Assembly: GCA_046542385.1 (NCBI GenBank)
Contig: JBKHBM010000003.1
Coordinates: forward strand, 59,896-83,895
Reading direction: 5' to 3'
DNA from: Desulfatibacillaceae bacterium
Lineage (GTDB): Bacteria > Desulfobacterota > Desulfobacteria > Desulfobacterales > Desulfatibacillaceae
Length of the DNA: 24,000 nucleotides
In this document: in pieces, positions 8,201 through 13,964 of the stretch
Position numbering within the stretch: the first letter of the stretch is position 1
Layout of the letters: each line of letters begins with the position of its first letter
The notes under the pieces: model-generated
Told to the model about the DNA's origin: nothing
Seen by the model: only the letters and a program-made list of their open reading frames with translations
Databases searched by the model: none
Program-made: the position numbers and the translations under genes

Positions 8201-9425
8201 CCGTTATCTCGTCCACCACGAGGTCCGCGCCCAGCACCGAACCCACGAACTTTCGCCCGGCACCCGTGGTGCCCACTCCCATTATGACCGGATCGACACC
8301 CCGTTCCATGAAGTGGAAGCGAACGGCGGCCAGAAGGTGCCTGGCCGCTGCCAGGGGCCGTCCCGCCGTCCGGGTATAGAAGCCGGCGACCGGGGCGCCG
8401 TCGGCATCCGTGACCATGACCTTGGTACTGGTGGAGCCCACGTCCACGCCCAGATACATCCCGCCGGATGCCGGAGGATCGGCATAGGCGTCCACTTCCA
8501 CCGGTCCGCCGGCCCAGGCTTCCGCCGGGTCGTGCAGGTAATGCTCATGGTCGGCGAAATCCGGGTACTCGCCGCAGGCAAGGTCCAGCGGTTCATGATG
8601 GTAGGATCGAACGGCTTCCGTGGTCTCCAGTATGCTGTCCCACGACCCGGGGGCCGACCCCCGGGACGCCCCCTCGGCCAGCAGGACCAGCGCCGCTCCT
8701 GCCGCTCCGTACGGTACGCCGCCCGTGGACTCCACGGGCAGACCCAGGATGTCGGCCAGATGAGAGGCCACCGCCGCGTTTCGGGACACTCCGCCGGCAA
8801 GGATAAGGGGCTCCCTGGGTTTTTCGCCGCCGAACAGGGTATCCGCGATGTTTTTGGCAAGGCCCCGGCACAGACCGTCGGCCACGGCCGAAAGGCTGGC
8901 CCCCTGCTGCTGGGCGTGGGCCAGGTCGGTCTTGGCGAACACGGCGCACCTGGTGGCGATGCGCGGCGCCTCCTCCGTGTTTTCCAGGGCGCGGGCCGCC
9001 AGTTCGCCGGCGTCGGCAAGCCCCAGGCGCTCCGCCTGCTGGTCCAGGAAGCCGCCGGTGCCCGCAGCGCAGGATGTGTTGCCGGCGAACCGGGGAGGGC
9101 CGCCTTCCGGATCCATGGTGGCGGCAAAGAAGTGTTCCCCTCCTACCACCAGGACGGTGCCGGGGTCGCCGTTAAAATGCTTCGCAGCCTCGCACGCGGC
9201 GACGTAACCGTCCACCCGTCGATGGGCCCGGACAAAGGAAGGTGTGGACGTGGTGGCCGCGACAGCGGCCACGTCGGCGGGATCAAAGCCCGCCAGCAGT
9301 TTTTCGAGGGTTTCCCTCACCGCGCCGTGGTGCAGCGCGTAATCCCATTTGACCGCATCGCCGTTTTGGTCCACAAGACATGCGGAAACGGCCACGGAAC
9401 CCGCGTCGATACCAAGTATGTACAT
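5256..9425 (-). CDS. Large fusion protein: two BcrAD/BadFG (HgdC-type) activase ATPase modules plus C-terminal dehydratase-like/DUF2229-like regions ('CoA-substrate-specific enzyme activase' family)
   Basis: 1389-aa ORF. It has two acetate/sugar-kinase-fold starts (MYILGIDAGS, MYLGVDVGSTSTK). Each is followed by activase cluster motifs: CAAGTGGFLD with RCAVFAKTD, and CAAGTGSFVEEQ with RCTVFMERD. Confidence 0.9.
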   Translation of the reverse strand: MYILGIDAGSVAVSACLVDQNGDAVKWDYALHHGAVRETLEKLLAGFDPADVAAVAATTSTPSFVRAHRRVDGYVAACEAAKHFNGDPGTVLVVGGEHFFAATMDPEGGPPRFAGNTSCAAGTGGFLDQQAERLGLADAGELAARALENTEEAPRIATRCAVFAKTDLAHAQQQGASLSAVADGLCRGLAKNIADTLFGGEKPREPLILAGGVSRNAAVASHLADILGLPVESTGGVPYGAAGAALVLLAEGASRGSAPGSWDSILETTEAVRSYHHEPLDLACGEYPDFADHEHYLHDPAEAWAGGPVEVDAYADPPASGGMYLGVDVGSTSTKVMVTDADGAPVAGFYTRTAGRPLAAARHLLAAVRFHFMERGVDPVIMGVGTTGAGRKFVGSVLGADLVVDEITAHARAAVEHVPGVDTILEIGGQDAKFTTLAGGSVTFSAMNSVCAAGTGSFVEEQARRLAVPLEKMSDLAEGHRAPLASDRCTVFMERDINHHLREGYATGELLCSTLHSVCENYLAKVAVERRIGGTICFQGATAKNRALVAAFASRLDRPVHVSRYCHLAGAYGGCLLMADENRRETGFRGFDAFAEPVPVEHEVCNLCTNHCKISVATVAGEQVGYGFLCGRDYATNKRVDANTSGFDLLREHKKAFAHKASRPQNGPVIGIPKALYLFEETGFWHEFFNRLGIATVDSGELPGAAAEGRRWSGAEFCAPMSALHGHIRHLLDRSDHVFLPHYLERESEMDGARRQYCYYTQFAASLGAGLGEPGRILTPLVHATYRDWRPRYELFRMLQEICEHPPTPVGVSRAWDAAGQWLEKRRDLWLREFEDNFSPDRVNAVLLGRPYTTLSRSMGQGVPDLFGAKGVPCFSMDMVPEPEDTRELDPLLREIPWHYASRVLKTALAAARTPGLYPVLVTSFKCSPDSFVQDYVRELLDAYGKPYLVLQLDEHDSNVGYETRVEAAVRAFTNHLEREKAVFRRVPHTLVPERVEDLSGKTLLMPNWDPVVMPLVAAALSSAGVDAIPLTESPDIIRRAMRHNTGQCIPLNIIAEEAAHTIREHGLSPSKTAVWTAGSRLACNLDMFPHHIRTLLCAKGGGLEETGIYTGDLSFRQASPKLPLRIYTAFLTGGLLRRMVCRTRPHEVHAGDADSVAEWALERLAGALSNGGGAKQAMGEVAAAFADIAVDHEPRPLVGIFGDLYVRDNEVMNQDLVRRIEQAGGEAIPVSYTDYVKIIAGPYFRRWLREGRFGVWAANAAFLTAASAYEPLVRKQADPVLGARKKHGRPDPDKVLEQYGVRVEHSGESLDNLLKAHTLAEEHPGLRLFVQVSPAFCCPSLVTEAMSRRIAKNTGVPVVSVTYDGATGDKNEVVVPYVEYAGRGSWRG

Positions 9426-9482
9426 GTTTTTTCCGAGTATTCCAGCAAGGGGGCCGAAATTGTTGGCATGGGGAGTTTGTTC

Positions 9483-9511
9483 CTTTTAGCCCGCTCTTCC
9501 GGCTTCGTCAA
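9483..9511 (-). promoter_or_regulatory. Candidate sigma70 promoter for the activase gene (TTGACG, 17 nt spacer, TAAAAG on the minus strand)
   Basis: The reverse complement of 9483-9511 reads TTGACGaagccggaagagcgggcTAAAAG, ~55-85 nt upstream of ATG 9425. Pattern match only. Confidence 0.3.
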
Positions 9512-9651
9512 TACGGGTTAACCCTACCGGCCGGAAAATCCGGCACTCAAAAACCCTTGCAAACGGGGTGTTTTATGGTTACCGTCAGGCCTCGGCAGAG
9601 CGCGAGGCGCGCCACGGCAGGAAAACACATCCCCATGAAGCGGGATCCGTG

Positions 9652-9791
9652 ACAGTCCGTTGAAAACCCCGGACTTTACAGCCCGGTCAAAAACGGGGAG
9701 ATGCAAGGCGCGCGAATTCCGAGGAGGTTGGCGTACGCCGCATCGACGGGAAACGCGCCGCAACGCCGCGGATCGCGTTTTTCAACAGGCT
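9652..9791 (-). repeat. MITE-like intergenic repeat, copy A (~140 bp), with terminal inverted repeats CAGNCNGTTGAAAAAC
   Basis: The reverse complement aligns by eye along its whole length with 10848-10996. There are long identical blocks (e.g. CAGCCTGTTGAAAAACGCGATC, TTTCCCGTCGATGCGGCGTAC, AATTCGCGCGCCTTGCATCTC). Both ends are inverted copies of each other. Confidence 0.8.
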
Positions 9792-9873
9792 GGTAAAGGG
9801 CAGACCTCTTTGCATGGGTGGCATGGGGCCCGCCTTCTTGCTGATCCCGTTCCGCAATGAAGGAGCAGGCCCG

Positions 9874-10377
9874 ATGCAGGATGCCTTTCTCGCGCACCCC
9901 CGGTCCGAATTCATCAACCGCACGCTGTCCAGGCTGCTGGAACGTTACGACGTGACCTGCATACTGGAGGGCGACTGCGCCGAGTACCATCTCATGGACA
10001 GGGGCACCGGCGAGGAGATTTCCGAGGCCCTTGTGCTCAGCCTCAACCGGTTCGCCAATCGCATCGAGGTGATTCGCTTCTACCCCAGGCTGAACCTCCA
10101 GAGCGACGCCAAATACCTGTCCGCGGCCTGCTTCTACCTCCTGGTGCATCATTTCGCCCACGCCATGGGCCTTCCCGGGGACTACACCGTGTTCGTGCGC
10201 ACCACCCACGAGGTGTTCGGCCGTTTCTACCAGTCCCTCCTGGACTGGGAATTCCACCGGGTGGGAACCAGCCTGTGCGATACCGTGGACATCGTGTCCG
10301 AGTATCACGACACCGGAGTGGACACGGACATGGTGGCGCTGACCCCATGGGACGATTCCATGTTCCTGGTGGCGTGA
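9874..10377 (+). CDS. Hypothetical protein (167 aa), no recognisable family
   Basis: ATG 9874 preceded by GAAGGAG with 8 nt spacing. Coding-like codon usage. The track ORF starts earlier, at 9814, inside the repeat flank. Confidence 0.6.
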   Translation: MQDAFLAHPRSEFINRTLSRLLERYDVTCILEGDCAEYHLMDRGTGEEISEALVLSLNRFANRIEVIRFYPRLNLQSDAKYLSAACFYLLVHHFAHAMGLPGDYTVFVRTTHEVFGRFYQSLLDWEFHRVGTSLCDTVDIVSEYHDTGVDTDMVALTPWDDSMFLVA

Positions 10378-10404
10378 GTTCCTTCCGGACCCGCCCTCGC
10401 CCGT

Positions 10405-10434
10405 GATTTCCGCATCGTTGATTTCCGCATCGTT
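10405..10434. repeat. Perfect tandem duplication of 15 bp (GATTTCCGCATCGTT x2)
   Basis: Read directly. A degenerate third unit (tgcattcgcccgccGATTTCGC) follows. Lies ~80 nt upstream of the 10513 gene. Confidence 0.9.
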
Positions 10435-10512
10435 TGCATTCGCCCGCCGATTTCGCTATACAGGCACCATCGCCGTCCTGGCGCGGCGGATTATCCCGGA
10501 AGGAGGCGTTGC

Positions 10513-10815
10513 ATGCCCGAAACGATGGACAGGGACAAGCTCATGAAGGTGGGCCCGTACGTGGGCATCGTGGGATGGTTCTTTCTTCTGCACGTGGCCG
10601 TGGCAATGATGAAGCCGGGGGCGGGGAGGTTCTTCGTGGCCGGATTGCCGGCGGGTGCGTGGGGGTGCCTCGCGGGCGTGTTGGTGTACGTCGCCGCGTT
10701 GCTCACAGTTATTCCCGAAGACATGGGAAAGCTGGCCTGGAAGTGGTTCACGCCCTACGTGATCGGCACCGCGGCAACGGCGGTCTCCGTATTCGCCACC
10801 GGCACCGCCATGTGA
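10513..10815 (+). CDS. Small hypothetical membrane protein (100 aa, about 3 TM helices)
   Basis: ATG preceded by GGAAGGAGG with 6 nt spacing. Hydrophobic segments: VGPYVGIVGWFFLLHVAVAMM, FFVAGLPAGAWGCLAGVLVYVAALLTVI, FTPYVIGTAATAVSVFATG. Confidence 0.65.
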   Translation: MPETMDRDKLMKVGPYVGIVGWFFLLHVAVAMMKPGAGRFFVAGLPAGAWGCLAGVLVYVAALLTVIPEDMGKLAWKWFTPYVIGTAATAVSVFATGTAM

Positions 10816-10847
10816 CCGGCGGGGCCCGCGCGTCACTTCGGGCCTAT

Positions 10848-10996
10848 CAGCCTGTTGAAAAACGCGATCTGCGGCGTTGCGCTTCATTTCCCGTCGATGC
10901 GGCGTACCGTAAGTACGCCTTACTCCTCGAAATTCGCGCGCCTTGCATCTCATCGTTTTTGAACAGGCTGCAAATTCCGAGTTTTTCAACGGTCTG
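10848..10996 (+). repeat. MITE-like intergenic repeat, copy B (~149 bp), inverted relative to copy A
   Basis: See copy A. It carries a 9 bp insertion next to the central palindrome GGCGTAC..GTACGCC. It ends one base before the MCP stop codon (10997-10999). Confidence 0.8.
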
Positions 10997-12415
10997 CTAT
11001 CGGACCCGGTAGCGCCGGGACAGGCTGTTCAATTCCGAGGCCACGGTCTCGAATTTGCCCACCGCCCCCTCCATCTCCTCCGCGTCCTTCTCCGCCTGGC
11101 TGGACACTTCGGTAATGCTTTCCATGGCCAGTATGATCTGGTCCATGCCAACGAGCTGCTCGTTGGTGGACACCGCTATCTGCCTTGCCGCCAGTGTGGC
11201 GGTGCCGATCTTGTCGCTTATGGTGCGGATGGCCTCACCGGTGCTCTTGGCAAGCTCCACCCCCATGTCCACGCGCTTGATTCCCTCCTCGGTGACCATG
11301 ACGGCGGTGTTGGCCGCCTTCTGGATATCGGACAGGATCTCCCTGACCTTGGCCGTTGCCTGGCGGGACTGGTCCGCGAGGTTCCGCACCTCACCGGCCA
11401 CCACGGCGAAACCGCGCCCCGCCTCTCCGGCCCGGGCCGCCTCCACTGCCGCGTTCAGCGCCAGGAGGTTGGACTGGTCGGCTATGTCGTTGACCGACGA
11501 GATGATCTGGCCTATCTGCTGGGTCTGTTCGGAAAGGGCCAGGATGTTTTCGGCGATGGTCCCCACCTGTTCCTTGATGCCCGCCATGGCGGAAATGTTC
11601 TTTTCCACGGCGGACAGGCCCCTGGCCGCCACGTCCGTGGATTCCTGGACCATTACCGAGACTTTTGACGTGCGCTCCGCCGTCTGCTGCGCGGTCTGGC
11701 GCACCTGGTCCACGGTGGTGGTTGTTTCCGCCACCGCTGCGGACTGCTGACCGATCTCGGAGCTTCGTCGCCGGGTGGCGTCGATGACCGGAGGCAGGGT
11801 GTCCGCAACCTCGCCGGCCGCGTCCTGCAACTCCGCGGCCATGATCTTGAGGTTGCCGCAAAGGGAGTTCAGCAGGTTGGACAAGGTGCCCAGGCCCTCG
11901 CTGTCCACGTCCATGTCCAGGGAAGCCGTCAGGTCCCCCGCGGTCACGCGCTCCACGAACGTCACGATCTCCGGAAGGGTCCGGTCCCATTCCTCCACCA
12001 TGTGTTGCAGCGAATCGGCCCGGACAGCGGCGTCCGCCAAGGCGCCCCTGGCCACCGTTATCCGCGCCGCCACCTCACGGGCCAGATCGCGCATTTCACC
12101 ACCGGCCCGTTGCACCGTGGCCCGGGATATCTCCCGGTCGCCGGCGACGGCCGAGGCCATTTCCCGGGCCGGGGCCGCCACGAACCGGTGCACGTACACC
12201 CACGCGCCCGCGCCCGCGAGCGCCCCCACCACCACAATCTGGGCCGCAAGTATTCCGGCAGCGCCCCCGGCAAGCCCCACCAGGGACAGGAGCCCAAGGG
12301 CCAGGACGCCGCCACCCGCCGCGCAGAGCGCCGCGTACGACGGGGTTCCGGCAAGCCCGGATCTGATCCCCATCAACAGGCGTCCCGGCTTCGCATTCGC
12401 CTTTCGTTTTTTCAT
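10997..12415 (-). CDS. Methyl-accepting chemotaxis protein with a minimal periplasmic loop
   Basis: 472-aa ORF with the conserved MCP signalling hairpin [34 protein letters not shown]. The N-terminal hydrophobic stretch has two adjacent TM helices and no sizeable sensor domain. Confidence 0.92.
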   Translation of the reverse strand: MKKRKANAKPGRLLMGIRSGLAGTPSYAALCAAGGGVLALGLLSLVGLAGGAAGILAAQIVVVGALAGAGAWVYVHRFVAAPAREMASAVAGDREISRATVQRAGGEMRDLAREVAARITVARGALADAAVRADSLQHMVEEWDRTLPEIVTFVERVTAGDLTASLDMDVDSEGLGTLSNLLNSLCGNLKIMAAELQDAAGEVADTLPPVIDATRRRSSEIGQQSAAVAETTTTVDQVRQTAQQTAERTSKVSVMVQESTDVAARGLSAVEKNISAMAGIKEQVGTIAENILALSEQTQQIGQIISSVNDIADQSNLLALNAAVEAARAGEAGRGFAVVAGEVRNLADQSRQATAKVREILSDIQKAANTAVMVTEEGIKRVDMGVELAKSTGEAIRTISDKIGTATLAARQIAVSTNEQLVGMDQIILAMESITEVSSQAEKDAEEMEGAVGKFETVASELNSLSRRYRVR

Positions 12416-13118
12416 TAGCTGCTCACCATATCGCCAAAGCGTTCATGTGCGCGGCACCCCGGAACGGACTCCGGCGGTCAGAGCCGCTGAAAATGCTTAC
12501 CGTAATTCGCGTGCCACGGTCAAGCAGGGCTTGGTGCGCTCACAACTCTTATCCTGAACAGCCCGGTGGTTTCGCGGCCTGTTCTCATTCGCCCACGTGC
12601 AGGGAAGTCGTATGGGTTCCGATACGAACAGAAATTCCGGGGGCCGACGCTGGGGCCTGGAAAAAAGCGACACCGGCCATATCGCATTAAAAAATCAAAA
12701 CCGTTCGGAGCATGTATGCGCGTGGTGTGAAACAGGACGGAAAATCTTGTTTTTTCATGGACTTCCTACCCAAGAATAATTAAAATACGAACAAGGTTGA
12801 AGGCTCTTCCCACTGCCAAAACGCACTGCGGAAGCCTGTTGCCACACTTCTCTTCCGAACCCCGGTCCCGAGGCCCTTCAACCTTGAGAAACCGGCATGG
12901 GACAATGCCGCGAAAAGGCACGGGCCGCAAGCGGTACCCGAAATTCCGATGTATTCATAACACTTTGATTTCATACTGGATCTGGATAAGAGCTGTTTTC
13001 CGGCATGGAGGATGAAACCTCTTTCGCCGGCATTTGGGCGAAAAAAACAGGAATCCGGAATTCCGATTTCATGCAAGGCGAGTGTCCGAACAGATCGAGA
13101 CGCCCGGATAACGGGGCT

Positions 13119-13133
13119 TGGCACGAAGTTTGC
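13119..13133 (+). promoter_or_regulatory. Sigma54 (-24/-12) promoter: TGGCAC-gaagt-TTGC
   Basis: Exact match to the consensus TGGCAC-N5-TTGC, read directly. Lies 54 nt upstream of ATG 13187, which has AGGAGG at 13176-13181. Confidence 0.6.
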
Positions 13134-13186
13134 CAAATCAGAAAACAGGGCGAGAAAACGCCCGAATCACCCCACAGGAGGTCAGC

Positions 13187-13381
13187 ATGAATATCGACAG
13201 CCGTGTCTGGTACCATCTCTCCGACGACGCCCGCAGGTATTACCTCAACAAGTTCGGCAAGGTGTCCGTTCAGTTCGGTGGGCACACCCAGGACTTGTAC
13301 AGCGAGGCGAGGCCCGGCGAGCCCGTGCATGGCCGCCGCGAGTCCGCGCTGCGCGGCATCTGGCGTCGCTTCCGGGGCTGA
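13187..13381 (+). CDS. Small hypothetical protein (64 aa), probably sigma54-dependent
   Basis: Internal ATG of track ORF 13118-13381, with a perfect AGGAGG at 5 nt spacing. GC-rich third codon positions. Sequence is MNIDSRVWYHLSDDARRYYLNKFGKVSVQFGGHTQDLYSEARPGEPVHGRRESALRGIWRRFRG. No family recognised. Confidence 0.5.
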   Translation: MNIDSRVWYHLSDDARRYYLNKFGKVSVQFGGHTQDLYSEARPGEPVHGRRESALRGIWRRFRG

Positions 13382-13416
13382 TGCCGGCCTGACGACAACC
13401 TGAATCCCCTTGTGGT

Positions 13417-13447
13417 GCGCCCGCTGCCGTGGCGGCAGGGCGGGTGC
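13417..13447 (+). other. GC-rich imperfect hairpin between the small ORF and the arsR promoter; possible terminator or attenuator without a clear U-tract
   Basis: GCGCCCGCTGCCG-tgg-CGGCAG(gg)CGGGtGC, read directly. Followed 15-25 nt later by CCCTTTTCCGGTTTCC. Confidence 0.3.
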
Positions 13448-13577
13448 ATCCGTCAGCCGGGACCCCTTTTCCGGTTTCCCCGGTGCTGTGTCCGAACTCC
13501 CGTCTTCTTCCCGACGGATTCCCTTTCGTGCGTCCAGGCAATGCAGACTTCGGTTTGGCGGTGTTTGGAGAAACCGC

Positions 13578-13619
13578 TTGACAGACGATTCCGGGAGGTA
13601 TTATCGTATATCTACGATA
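13578..13619 (+). promoter_or_regulatory. Candidate promoter (TTGACA plus TATTAT/TATCGT) overlapping a 7-4-7 inverted repeat TATCGTA-tatc-TACGATA, a probable ArsR-type operator
   Basis: TTGACA at 13578-13583. -10-like hexamers at 13599-13607. The palindrome at 13602-13619 lies 16 nt upstream of the arsR GTG start. Confidence 0.45.
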
Positions 13620-13634
13620 AACGATGGAGAGCCC

Positions 13635-13937
13635 GTGCATCATCCCGAAAACATCGACGACCAAAGCCTCGCAAACATCTGCAAGGCCCTTGCCCATCCC
13701 GCGCGCATACGCATCGTCCGCCATCTCATGGCCCTGGACACCTGCGTCTGCGGGCAGATCGTGGACGTCATGCCCCTGGCGCAGTCCACGGTGAGCCAGC
13801 ACCTCAAGGTGCTCAGGCAGGCGGGAATCGTCAGGGGCGAGGTGGACGGTCCCAGGACGTGCTATTGCCTGGACAGGGACAGGTTGGAACTGTTCCGGAG
13901 GGCCGTGAACCTGCTGGTGGGCGGAAAGACGAAGTGA
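13635..13937 (+). CDS. arsR: ArsR/SmtB-family metal(loid)-responsive transcriptional repressor
   Basis: GTG 13635 preceded by GGAGAG. No ATG exists in this frame upstream of the HTH. ...LANICKALAHPARIRIVRHLMALDTCVCGQIVDVMPLAQSTVSQHLKVLRQAGIV... is the winged-helix core, with a CVC metal-site motif at the ArsR position. The stop is 27 nt before hgcA. Confidence 0.85.
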   Translation: MHHPENIDDQSLANICKALAHPARIRIVRHLMALDTCVCGQIVDVMPLAQSTVSQHLKVLRQAGIVRGEVDGPRTCYCLDRDRLELFRRAVNLLVGGKTK

Positions 13938-13964
13938 CGAAGCAAGGATGACAGGAGAAGCACC

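Noticed and set aside
9457-9473. TGGCAT...TTTGT sigma54-like string in the activase upstream region
   Set aside because: The spacing between the GG and the would-be GC is wrong, there is no GC at -12, and the string points away from any nearby gene.
5049-9521. Long plus-strand ORFs 5049-6428 (459 aa), 6459-7400 and 7449-9521 (690 aa)
   Set aside because: They are antisense to the 1389-aa activase gene. The sequences are Arg/Gly/His/Pro-rich with no recognisable domains, whereas the minus-strand product has duplicated, well-defined ATPase motifs.
12502-12516. Sigma54-like site on the minus strand upstream of the MCP gene (TGGCAC-gcgaa-TTAC)
   Set aside because: The -24 element is perfect, but the -12 element reads TTAC instead of TTGC, so the conserved GC is lost. 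It is too weak to call without data, though it is worth keeping in mind because it lies ~85 nt upstream of ATG 12415.
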